DNA from: Sphagnum compactum
Taxonomy: Eukaryota
Direction of reading: 5' to 3'
NCBI GenBank assembly: GCA_965153455.1
Contig: OZ234493.1
Coordinates: forward strand, 34,090,213-34,154,212
Length of the DNA stretch: 64,000 bases
This document shows, piece by piece, positions 37,842 through 50,264 of the stretch; position 1 is the stretch's first letter; every line of letters begins with the position of its first letter. A program made the translations under genes and the position numbers. Below the pieces are notes generated by a model that saw only the letters and a program-made list of their open reading frames with translations, searched no databases and was not told the DNA's origin.

Positions 37842-39607
37842 GGGTCAAAACACAGTCAAAGGAGCCACAAAAGGCGTCGGATGTCAGATTATGTTATAAA
37901 AATTGAAAGATTATTTGTTAAACCATGTGAAACCATGGTAATCATGGCACATTATTCTTTTTTAACACACATGAATGTCGAGAAACTCAAATTTAAAATC
38001 CATTTGATCCAATTTTAGATTTTGGTTTAATTAAAGAGTTTTGAAAATGAAATTTTCTCTCATTAAAAAAGGATAGTTTTACAAAATACTTTCAAAGGAT
38101 TCATATAATAAAAGTAAATTGTTGGTAAAAAAATGAGATGATAATAACTTATTAGACACACTAAAAAAACATTCACAGTGGGGACCAAAACCTATAACTG
38201 GGAACCAAAAGGATACTTTGGAAAAGGATTGCAAGTTCTTTTTCCCAAAAACAACTTTTACATGCAAATGAATTTTTGAATAAATTTTTTTGTAACGTTC
38301 TAAAAAATATTAAATTTTTTCCCAATGCATACATTTTTTTGTTAGTCATATTGAATAAATATGAAATTTTTTAATTGTGCAGATTCCTTACAGATTCAAT
38401 GTTTCATCTTGAAAAATGATCAAAATTTTAAGTCATCACCAAAAGTTAAATTTTTACATTTTTTAGTTTTATTACACTCTAAGTTATAAGTTTTCTTAAT
38501 ACATCAAGGTGAAATCAGGGAAAAAAAAACCAAACAATGTGTGGACAAGTCCTTAAAAAAAATTAATTTGAAAAATCGCCATGGGAAAACTATATATCAA
38601 AAAAATAAATAATAATAAATAATTTTTTATACTTTCAAAGTGGCAATTGCAAAATTTTCATGAAAATTCACCATGTTTCAAGAGTCTTTTTATATGTTTA
38701 AAGCACTCAAGAAAAACATGTGGACAGGTGGTTTTTTGTATCAAAAGTCCTTTTCCCTTATCAAATGTTCACCAAATCGTTTCAATTTTTTTTTGAACTT
38801 TAATATTTTCCACCAAAAGGGATCCATGTGTTCAAAACATTCAAAAAAATAAAATACATATACCTTTTTAGATTTTAATACTCGAATGTCCTTTTACACT
38901 ATTATAGTTTTGAATTTGTAATCATGGTTCAAAGTAAAGTTATAGATTTGACTATAATGTAAAGCTTGGTGCAAAACAGTTTGAGTTTTTATCATGTTAT
39001 ATGTCATATTTGGCTTCAAATTTCATATTCAATTTTTAAAAATGTGTGAAAAATGCAATATAAACTAATAAAAAACTACCATGTGGAAAATGCAGTCCTT
39101 GGGAAGGACTTTAATCTTGGCACAACTAGCTCCTTTTTTCTTGCTTTCACCCATCATGTACATATAACCCATTTATACATGGTAAAAGACTTTTGAAGCT
39201 TTGAAATTTTGAAGCAATTTTGAAACATTCTTTGAATTTTTAAAGTTTTAGAATTACACATTTTTAAACATATAAGTGTTTTTTGAGTGTGGTTAATATG
39301 TTCTTATCATTTATATTTTTGCAATGAAAATTCTTTTATTATGAGTCCTTTTGATAGTCCTTTGCAAAATTGACTCCATTTGACACAATAGGTGTACATT
39401 TTCAAACGTCCTAAATTAAAACCAAAACTTAAAATTGGATCAAATGAATTTTTACTCTAAGTTCCTTGACATTCATATGAGGGAAAAATGACTAATTTGC
39501 CATGATTACTATGGTTTTAAATGGTAATAAATAAATAAATGTTTGATTTTGACTAATTATGTCTAACATCCAACACCCTTTTGGCTCTTAGTAACGTGTT
39601 TTGACCC
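37842..39607. mobile_element. Element bounded by about 210-bp inverted repeats starting GGGTCAAAACAC (Mutator-like, non-autonomous)
   Basis: 37842..38050 is the approximate reverse complement of 39397..39607 (GGGTCAAAACAC...CCATGGTAATCATGGCA...CATTTGATCCAATTTTA.ATTTTGGTTTAATT). No 9-bp TSD was found. Confidence 0.55.
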
Positions 39608-41155
39608 AAATATCAAAAATGAGGAATTTTAAAACTTTGAAAATTCAAAGACTACACACTACGTACACTTGAAAATTCAAAATTTCAAAACTTCAAGAGT
39701 GTTTTACCACAAATAGGGTATAATGTAGATGATGTATTGAGAAAAGTTGTAGGTTATATTACATTAACTTCAACTTTAAAAAATTTATAGATTTTGGTAT
39801 GATTTCAAATTATCATCATTTTTCAAAATGAAACATAGAATCTGCAAGGAATCTATACATGTGTACAAATTCATATTTATTAGAAATGATTAAGAAATTT
39901 TTTTTGACTTATTGAGGCAATTTTAATCATTTTCATAACAAGTTGCAAAAACAATGGTTCAAAAACTCACTTGTATGAATAGGTTATTTGGGGGAAAAGG
40001 ACATGCAAGACTAATGTAAAGTAATGCTTATGGCTCCTTTAAGTGCGTTTTGAATCCACTAGTCAATACTTCATTCACCTTGTGCACCTCAATGTCCACC
40101 TTTTAGCTCAATCTAATTTAGGCTTCCTCTTTCCTTCCTAAACAACAACAAATACTTTCCTTTTCCATGAGCAAGGCGCAACTTGGCACCAATCTCTTTC
40201 AACATGAGACCTACATAGAGAACACACCTTTCTTGATGATGCAACATGGGTGGAGTTATGCTAATAGGAGCCAAAAGTAGGCATAACCATTTCTTCTATT
40301 TTTTTACACCAAAATTCTTTTAAAAGAATTTTAACTTGAAAATAAGTTAAAATTTTTGCACATGATCAACGTTTATATTTTATTCTATAAATGTCCAAAA
40401 TATGAAATTATTTCAATAACATTTGGACTTTCAAAAGTGTAAAAAGACTTGTAACCATTGCTTTTAAAAGTAAAAGGACTTGTAAATGGACTTGGAAAAC
40501 TTTGAAAATGACATATTTTTGGCAAATTTTCAACACAAACCAAAATAATGCAAAGATTTTTTTTAAAAAATTTAAAGATTTTTTTGAAGACTTTTTTTGA
40601 AAATATTCCAAGAATATTTCCCAAATAGAAGTCACCTAAGGGGTGCCAGTGGCTCCTATTAGCCCGTTTGCACCCACATACATTTCTTTGCATGGGTACT
40701 GAACGCATGGTTTTGTGAGAATTAAATACAATACATATGAATTGATTCAACTAAAATGTAAGTAAAAAGTGGACCACTTCCATAACAATATATATAGATT
40801 GGTGAAATTGTAAGTAAGGAGAAAGGACATGTAAATTTCACATTAGACATGTGACCATAATTTTGTTTCAAAGCACCAACTTTTTCACGAATTTACCATG
40901 GGGCTACCTTGAACCCCCAATTCAAACCAATTTTCCAGCATAAAAAATTGAAAGATCTATGCATTTTAGTTGAAGTTTAATCAAATTATTTGAATAGAGA
41001 TTCCAAGTGACTCCTTCCCTCTTCTATGTCTTTCAGCAAATATGAGGCTTACCTATGAATGCAGATGGTCAACTACATCCTGAAATTGTGCCTTATCTCC
41101 TAAAGCATTTGGAGGATGCAATCATTCTAGTAGCTAGTTCACCAACGTCACTTTA

Positions 41156-41975
41156 TGACGCGCTCCTAAGTCCCTTATTAGACCCACTTGAGGGTCTAAG
41201 TATGTTCAGTTGCGGAAAGTTGGGACTTGAGGGCCGCTCCCGACTTCCAGCACTAAAAGGGGGTAGAGGGGCATGCTAGAAGTCCCGGGATTAGACTAGG
41301 AAGAGGGACAAGTATTATCTCACTCGAATCTGCATCGAAAACCAACCACAAGAGGGTTAGTTCACATTCAGGAACACCCTTGGGTGTTGGGACAAACCAC
41401 GGGCACTTGGACACACTTGATTCACCACGGCCCGGACTCGGGGGAAGCCACCACCTTCCCCCATATAGTATACTCTACAGCTCTCCGTTGAGGCTACATC
41501 CGAATGGCATTTTTTCCCGGGACTCCCAAGGAGGAGTCCCGAAGTTGTCCCGGTTTGGACTCCCGGGACTTTGGGAGCTCATATCTCCTAGCTCCAAACT
41601 CAGATTGGAGTGAGGTCTGAACCAAAGTTGTAGCTCTCCTCAAGATCTTTTCAAGGGGGTGTTGCACTTCACCTGCACACACCGGGATCAAGTCGATTCC
41701 GGACTTTTAGTGGTTGGGAGTCAAACTGCCAGTTTGACTCCAGGCCCTTCTTTTGCCCATAACTTGAGCTGCAAATGTCCAAATGGCCAATGCGAGGCCA
41801 TTTTAGATATCCACACTTCAAGACCTTTCCATTGATATAAAAAACATCTCAAGGCGAGGTGTTTTGACCCCTGTAATTGACTTCTGAGTTTTTGGGAGTC
41901 CCGGAGGACTCCAAGTCCCCAACTTTGGGAGTGTGAGTTGCATCCTCACACTTTGCCCAAAGTGGGGTTGCGACA
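41156..41975 (-). repeat. 3' LTR (820 bp)
   Basis: TGACGCGCTC...GGGGTTGCGACA; about 97% identical to 47291..48138 by manual comparison. Confidence 0.95.
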
Positions 41976-41987
41976 CTCTCCGCCACT
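41976..41987 (-). other. Polypurine tract adjoining the 3' LTR
   Basis: Minus strand AGTGGCGGAGAG immediately before TGTCGC. Confidence 0.75.
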
Positions 41988-42770
41988 AGAAGAAAGGTCA
42001 ATGTCCTCGTTGACACTTAGAATTTTCGCTCCCAATTGCAATTGCTTTCATTTGGATCCTTGGCCATTTGTGCCGACTCTTTGCGGCTTGGACCTTGTCT
42101 TAAGCTAACTTAGGCATCCCCAAGTTTCCAACACTTTCTTGACAAGTCCAAGAGGGTCTCCTGAAAAACCCTCTTCCCACGCTTCGTCAAAAGAAGACTA
42201 AACTAGCCTAATTTTACGAAGCCCTTCATTTGGGAGGAACTTTTTCATTCTTCCCCTCATGAGGAACTTAAGTCAAGTCTACTCTTGACCTAAGCTACTT
42301 GACATGACTCCTTTCCCAATCTCGCGCGTTGGTCACAACAACCAAGCCTTAACTAAAAGGTTTGCTTATCAAGGTACGAGAAGCAACACTTGGGTCTTGC
42401 CAAAAACCCAAGTCCCAAAATACACGATTAAAGTACGCGAGCGGGGTCATGACTTCCCGTGTTGGCCGCCACTACCAACCAACCTTTTGGGATGCACTTA
42501 AAGCATGTGCATGTCCCCGCAAGCTCACCTTGCTTGCCTCTTCTTTTGGGGCCAAGTTTCCTTAACCCCAAAGTAGGAGTCTGATTTTGATTTGGGCCTA
42601 CGTAAGATAGTTCCATTTGCCCAATGCCATTTGACAACCCTATTTGCACTTATACAAAATTCTCGTGATATAATCTCTTGGAAGTCATTTTTGCCTTTAT
42701 TTCATTTGCAACTTGATGTGGTACATTTTATGTGACACTCTGCCCCACTAAAAGAAAGGTGATGTCCTCA

Positions 42771-45700
42771 TCACGTTCTACGTCTTTTCTTTGCTGGTTT
42801 AGCGTGGAATTCTTCTATTGCTTCTTGGGCATGTTCCATATCGGATTTCGTCACCCAAGAAACCTCTATTGCATGATATCCTTTCCACTTAACTAGGTAT
42901 TCCCGCTCTCGTCCTTTAAGTTGCCTTGACTTGAGCACGACCTCCACCTTAAACTCTGGTTCATTATGAACCAAGTCAGGTGGGGGCCTTGAGTTTTGCT
43001 CTCGATTAGGCCTTGAGGCATCACGGGAGACCGGCTTCAAAAGAGAAACATGAAATGTGGGGTGAACTCTAAAATTTTCCAGTAGTTCTAACTTATAAGT
43101 GTCGAAATTTTTCTTTTCCAACACTTTGAATGGGCCCGCATATGGGCCCAAGAACTTATGATTTAACCCTTCTGGCAACCGGAAGTTCTTGATGTTCAAC
43201 CACACTTCATCCCCTTCTTGAAACTTCACCTCTCGTCGGGACTTGTCCGCAAAATCCTTGTACCTTTTGTGCGCCTTTTCCAAATTGGCCTTGGCTAACT
43301 CCCACAAGCACCGCCTTTCTTCATCAAGTTGTTGGACCATCGGCACTTCCTCACTTGCATCACCTGGGGTTTGTCCTTGTGATGCCCAAGTCATGGGCAC
43401 AATTAGTGACTTGCCCGTCACCATTTGGAATGGGGTGGACCCAGTTGCAAGTGTGCCGAGTTGTTGTAACAAAACTCGGCTAACTCCAAATGGTCCACCC
43501 AATCTTGTTGATCCGCCGCAACATAATTCCTTAGGAATTGTTGGATCACCAAGTTCACCCTCTCAGTTTGTCCATCGGTTTGGGGGCGGAACGAAGTGCT
43601 CATCTTGAGTTCCGACCCCATCCGCTTCCACAAGGCTCGCCAAAACTTGCTTGTGAACTTTGGGTTTCAATTCGACACTATGTCCTTTGGGAGGCCATGG
43701 TGCTTGAAAATGTGGGAGAAGAACAACTTCCCGTCTCTTGGGCCGTGGCTTCATCTTTTGTGGGAATGAAATGTGCCATTCTGCTAAACCGATCCACCAC
43801 AACCATGATGGCATCGAACCCCTTTGATGGGGGCAAGCTTACCATGAAGTCCATGGACACACTTTCCCACAGCCTTTCGGGAATTGGCAAAGGTTGCAAC
43901 AAACCCGCTTGCTTCTTGTTGGAGGTTCGGTTTTGTTGACAAGTTAAACAAGTCTTTACATACTCTTCCGCACTATCCTTCAAGTTGGGCCAATAGTAGG
44001 ACTTCTTTAGGAATGTTGTGGTGCGCTTTGCACCACCATGGCTCGCAAGCGGTCCATCATGACATTCCTTCAAGAGGGTGTCCCTTATCTTTCCTTCCGA
44101 CACATAGAGTCGCTTTTGTTTGTACCACAATAATCCATTTTGCAAATGGAAGTGGGACTTGGCTCCATTTTAGATGCTTTGCCTCACCTCTTTGGCAAAT
44201 GCATCCCGGCGGCTTGCTAGTCGAACTTCTTTTTGAAATGTCGTTTCTCCCACATACACCACTTTAAGTTGGTGTTTTCGGCTCAATGCGTCAAGGACTA
44301 TGTTCTCCTTTCTCGGCTTGTGCCAGATATCCACATTGAACAATGCCAATGTGTTTTGCCACCTTACTTGTTTTAATGACAACTTGGGTTGGGTGGCAAA
44401 GTACTTCAAGGTCACATTGTCGGTCCACACCACCACATCCTTGGAGCCTATGTAATGGCCCCAAGTCTTGAGACAATGTATGACCGCCCACATTTCCTTT
44501 TCGTGTGTTGGCCACCTTCGCTCCGTCTCACCCAACTTCTTGCTTTCAAAGGCCACCGGTTTTCCTTCTTGCACTAGGACTCCTCCAATTACAAAGTCGG
44601 AAGCATCGGAATGAATCTCAAACTCTTTGTCAAAGTCGGGCAACTTCAATTCCGGCGCCTTCACCAAAATGCCCTTCAATGTTTCAAAGGCTTCGTCGCA
44701 TGTTTCTTCCCAATCATAAGTGACGGCGGACTTCTTCAAGAGGTTTGTCAAAGGGGCCGCTATTTTCACAAAGTTCTTTATGAACGTGCGATAATAGGAG
44801 GCCAATCCCAAAAAGGATCTCAAGGCGGGAACCAACTTAGGCGGCTCCCAATCCAAATTGCCTTGACCTTGTGATCATCCATCATCAAACCTTCTTGAGT
44901 TATCCTATGTCCAAGAAAATCCACTTCCGTCACCCCAAATTCGCACTTCTCAAGCTTGGCATACAACTTGTTTTCCCTTAGCCTTTGGAACACCTTGCGG
45001 AGGTGCTCCGCATGCTCCTCTAAGGAGCTACTATAGATCAAAATGTCGTCTATGTAGACGACCACAAAATCATCAAGCCATTCCCGGAAAATGTCATTCA
45101 TGAGAGTGCAAAATGTGGCGGGTACATTGGTGAGCCCAAAGAGCATCACCAAGAACTCATATGAGCCATATCTTGTGCGACAAACGGTCTTTTCTTCATC
45201 CCCTTCCGTGATCCGAATTTGGTAATACCTCGAACGTAGATAAATTCTACTAAACACCTTGGCTCCCGAGAGACAATCGAATAGATCATCGATGCGAGGC
45301 AAAGGATATCGATTTTTCACCGTTGCCTTGTTGAGTGCTCTATAATCAACGCACATCCTCAAAGTCCCATCCTTCTTGTGAACAAAAAGGACGGGTGCCC
45401 CATATGGTGATTTACTTGGTTTGATATACCCTTTTGCGAGGAATTCTTCAAGTTGAACCTTAAGCTCTTTCAACTCCTCATGGCTCATTCGATATGGGGC
45501 TTTGGCGGGAGGTTCCACTCCCGGTATCATTTCAATCGCATGATCAACTCGTCTTCTCGGGGGTAGGTCTTCGGGCAACTCTGCGGGCATCACATCCGGG
45601 AACTCTTCCAAAACTTGCTTTATGCACTTGGCGGAAGTCACCAACTTGGTGGCCTCCTTGGGCTCATACTCATCCAACACCCGCATAACACACATCATGC

Positions 45701-47240
45701 CATAGCCTCCCACACATTCTCTTTCCCAGGAATTTCCTAACATAAAGTGGATGGTTGGTCCACCCGCACAAGGCAACTCATGTGCCTTCACCCGCATAAT
45801 CCCACTTTTAGATGGGATTCTAACTAACCTATTGTGCCCTTCTATGAGCACATTGTTTTGGGTGATAAACTCCATCCCCAAAATGCAATCCATTCCACCC
45901 AAGGTGGAAACTCACAAGTCCACCTTTCCTCTCCAATTTCCTAGTTGGAGAGGCACCTCCTTTGCTTGTAACGTTGTGGGATGGGGAACCCCATCCGCGA
46001 AGTGCACCTCGATGGGTGCCTTGAGCTCCTCCAAGTGGAGCTCCATCCTTTCGGCGCTTTCCCGGGTTATGAAGTTGTGAGATGCCCCTGTGTCCAAAAG
46101 ACATAAAACATCCCGCTTAGCAATCTTCCCCTTCAAGAATATAAGTCGATTGCATTCGGGTTGGGCTAGATTGGCATTGAGGGCAAGTACTTTAGAGCCC
46201 CCACTCCCATTTTTGGACTTGGGACAATCCTTGGAGTAATGCCTCACTTCGTTGCAATTGAAACAAGCTCCTTTGGGCTTCACCCCAAGATCTCCCTTGG
46301 TTTGGCTCCCTTTGAAAGGAGCCCCCTTCTTCACAAAGTTCCCCTTGGGTTTAAACCCCGAGCCTTGGAATTGTTTGGGCTTATCCTTGGTTGGGCTTCC
46401 TTGCCCTCGGTTCCATTCCCGCTCATGCCTTGGTTTCTTGTGAAGAAACTTGTTGTCCTTCTTGAACCCGGATTTGTCACTCCGCCCCACATCCGAGAAG
46501 TTCTCCACTTTTGTGATGGCCTCGGACAATGAGGCAGGCCAACTCTCCTCAAGCTTTCGTTTGGCCCAAGTTGGAAGCCCCATCACAAATTGGCACACAC
46601 GATCCAACTCGTGCATGTGCCGGATCTCAAACATGAGTTCGGAATAAGCCCTCACATATTGCCTCAAGTTTTCATTTGTGGCATTCATAAGGTCACGAAG
46701 TTTGCACCTCGAGATGTAGTCGAAATTCCTTGGAACAAATTTCGACTCAAGGCGTTCCTTAAAGAACTCCCAAGTGTAGCCATGGTTCTTCCCCTCCTCT
46801 TGTCTCACCGTCCGCCACCATGTGGCGGCATAGCCTTTCAAGTAGGATTGGGCAAGCTTCACGGCGGAATGCCGTCCAACCTTGGCGGCATGTAAATAGT
46901 CATCCATTTCCGCAAGCCAAGCATCCACCACTTTTCGGTCTCGGGCACCATCAAAGTTCCCGGGCTTGGCCGGTTGAAACCTTTCGCCCTTGGAGGTCCC
47001 CGTTTTGAGGGCCGCCACCAACTCACCAAAGTCGGGCCTATTCATCTTGAGGAGAACTTCAAGTTGTTCCGGGGTGAATAGGACCGAGCTCCTTTGTTCC
47101 TCCTCACTTTCGGGCTCATCTTGGTCCTCCCGGGTTCTTGGTTCCTCCTCCCCAATTGACTCCGGCGATACTACTCGGTCTTCGACGGGTTCTTCCACCA
47201 TAGTGTCTTGGGCTCGCTTACGGTTCTTCTTGGGTGCCAT
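42771..47240 (-). pseudogene. Disrupted gag-pol polyprotein (Gag, CCHC knuckle, protease, RT, RNase H, integrase, chromodomain)
   Basis: CFNCNEVRHYSKDC knuckle; LLDTGA protease; YIDD RT; SDASD / ERRWPTHEKE RNase H; HDGPLASH..CLTC, VSMDF, VVVDRFS and TDGQTERVN integrase; GPY-GPF; YLVKWKGY chromodomain. In-frame stops at 45912 and 44170; frameshifts near 44856, 43735 and 43455. Confidence 0.95.
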
Positions 47241-47276
47241 CCGAAACTCCCAAGAAGAGGTCGAGCTTCACCTTGA

Positions 47277-47288
47277 GCTCTGATACCA
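47277..47288 (-). other. Primer-binding site complementary to the 3' end of initiator tRNA-Met
   Basis: Minus strand TGGTATCAGAGC, 2 nt downstream of the 5' LTR end. Confidence 0.92.
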
Positions 47289-47290
47289 CA

Positions 47291-48138
47291 TGACGCGCTC
47301 CTAAGTCCCTTGTTAGACCCACTTGAGGGTCTAAGTATGTTCAGTTGCGGAAAGTTGGGACTTGAGGGCCGCTCCCGACTTCCAGCACTAAAAGGGGGTA
47401 GAGGGGCATGCTAGAAGTCCCGGGATTAGACTAGGAAGAGGGACAAGTATTATCTCACTCGAATCTGCATCGAAAACCAACCACAAGAGGGTTAGTTCAC
47501 ATTCGGGAACACCCTTGGGTGTTGGGACAAGCCACGGGCACTTGGACACACTTGACTCACCACGGGCACTTGGACACACTTGACTCACCACGGCCCGGAC
47601 TCGGGGGAAGCCACCACCTTCCCCCATATAGTATACTCTGCAGCTCTCCGTCGAGGCTACATCCGAATGGCACTTTTTCCCGGGACTCCCAAGGAGGAGT
47701 CCTGAAGTTGTCCCGGTTTGGACTCTCGGGACTTTGGGAGCTCATATCTCCCGGCTCCAAACTCAGATTGGAGTGAAGTCTGAACCAAAGTTGTAGCTCT
47801 CCTCAAGATCTTTTCAAGGGGGTGTTGCACTTCACCTGCACACACCGGGATCAAGTCGATTCCGGACTTTTAGTGGTCGGGAGTCAAACTACCAGTTTAA
47901 CTCCAGGCCCTTCTTTTGCCCATAACTTGAGCTGCAAATGTCCAAATGGCCAATGCAAGGCCATTTTAGATATCTACACTTCAAAACCTTTTCATTGATA
48001 TAAAGAACATCTCAAGGCGAGATGTTTTGACCCCTGTAATTGACTTCTGAATTTTTGGGAGTCCCGAAGGACTCCAAATCCCCAACTTTGGGAGTGTGAG
48101 TTGCATCCTCACACTTTGCCCAAAGTGGGGTTGCGACA
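47291..48138 (-). repeat. 5' LTR (848 bp, includes a 28-bp tandem duplication at 47532..47587)
   Basis: Direct repeat of 41156..41975. Confidence 0.95.
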
Positions 48139-50264
48139 CTTTAAGTTTGCTATCTGCAAATAACTTTATGCATAAAACTAACTCATCAAGGTGTTCGTAT
48201 CAAAGGTGCATATTTACATGACAAATGTGAACAAGTTGAAGCATTAATAATAAAATGCAAGACAAGATACAAATGTGTCATTCAACACTAGCAATGCATT
48301 AGATCAAATCCATTTGCCAATACATTTGGAATGTACCTTCCTTTCCTAGAAAAAGACATGGCAATCATTTAGTTATTTCTCCAACTAAACAATCTTCCAC
48401 TAGTTCTTCAAACTTCTTACCATGGAACCATTTGTAAGTTGAAAAAGCTTGCACATCCAATATAGGGAACATTTCACCAAATTGATTGAAATGAATTTGA
48501 ATGTAGCCTAAATCAAAATGGGGCATCAATTTGATCTTCTATGATATATTGTCCAGGAAACATATGAATTTTCATTTTATGGTTGGGAAGAAAAGCTCAT
48601 CTTTACCATTGGACATGGCTTATTTGCCATATCATCTAGGGCCAAATCACCTACATTAACAACTTCGAGGTTCCCCTTGGTATTCTCCTCATGTGTGTTG
48701 GCTATTGATTGAAATTGAAATAGCTGGTATCATGTCTAAGAAATCTTACGCACCTATATTCACAACCTACCCATGCAACGAGGCTCACCCATCTACAAAA
48801 ATGATGCACATCCTATAAAGATATATTAAAACCATGACTTGAAACCTCAATATTTCAGTTTGATGGTTGGACAAAACCTAATTTGACATTTTTTTTATCT
48901 ATTGGCTGTAGAATCAACGATTCCAATGAAAGACACCCAATCTAACAAATGGAAATAACCCACAACTACGTTGAGGTGGGGCAAAAGCCCCCCAAAAAAT
49001 GGCGCAAAATATAGTTCACAGTGTTAGTAATGCACCTTATTCCACCAACACATTCCACTAGAATTGTTTCATTACACTAGAAGGATTCCACTATAGTGGA
49101 ATTGGCACACTCCACTTATTCATGAATGGAATCTACAGTGAAATAGGGCACAATTTATATTGTAGACATTGTTATGGGTGGAATAGTTCCATGGTTTCTT
49201 GTTTGGTTATTGAAGGCGGCCTACAACACATATACAAAATAATTGACACACTATATTTTAATATTCTCAATTCATACAGATCCTTAGATGTAGTCGGTTA
49301 AGCCTTCTTTGGATATATAAAATATGTAACAGCAAACCCCATAACATAGCTAAAAAGCCCACAAAAAGCAAAAATATGAATAATTCACACCAACTCTCAT
49401 AAGCCAACATTGCACCAAATGCATTCAAACATGGTGGAAGTAACCTATCCCCAAAATAAAATCACAAACATCAACCAATAAAAGTGTAGTGCAACTTGAG
49501 GAATTCATGAGTGGTTTCTTACTTCACAACCTCAACAAATCTGGACTAAAGTATACAAATAGTTTGGCAAGGGTCACGAGACTTGAAAATTCTCAAAGTT
49601 TTGCAATATGTACACAATTCCTCAATAACCAAAAACACATCCATGAGAGGTGCAATTGAGTCAAGCACTGTTACACCGAACGTGCACTACCTAGTTTGTC
49701 CAAGTTGTAAAGATGGAGAGTTGTAAATTGGCTAGAGTCCTGCACCATGTAATTTGAAACTCCTATAAATAATTCACTTGCAACAAACCAAAATAAATTA
49801 ATTGAAGCAAAAATTTGATTACATTTGCTTTCCTTGGGTTCTAGTTTAGATTAACACAACCATCAATCACACTATGAATTTCCATATGTAAAACATGCAC
49901 ATTGTAATGACTTGTTCTTTATAGTGGCATTTGCATTGAATCAAATTTCAAAAACTTGGTAGAAATGTCAAATTGTCAATGGATGCAATGTGCTATGAAG
50001 GTTTTGTTTCTGAAGATTTTTCATGTGGCTATATTAGGACTACTAAATAATGAACTATATTTCCATTGCTAGCTAATCATTCTTTTTGGACTATTTTTGT
50101 TTAGGTTATCTCCAAGAGAGTTTAAACTAGGTGGCATTTGATAGCTTGTGAAGGATTCCACACCAAGCTGTGCAACAAGGTGGGTTTTTGCAAGGTTATG
50201 TAATGTGGTGATTATTAGACTAGAATTTTTTTTTATGAACAAAAATAAGCTTATTGAAAGATGT

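Larger units (their letters stand above)
41156..48138 (-). mobile_element. Full-length Ty3/Gypsy LTR retrotransposon, chromovirus
   Basis: Two direct LTRs with TG...CA ends; 5-bp TSD CTTTA at 41151-41155 and 48139-48143; PBS, PPT and gag-PR-RT-RH-IN-CHD domain order. Confidence 0.97.

Noticed and set aside
41055..41691. ORFs inside or overlapping LTRs (also 47388..47854, 50069..51217 and 57740..58010)
   Set aside because: Incidental frames in non-coding LTR sequence.
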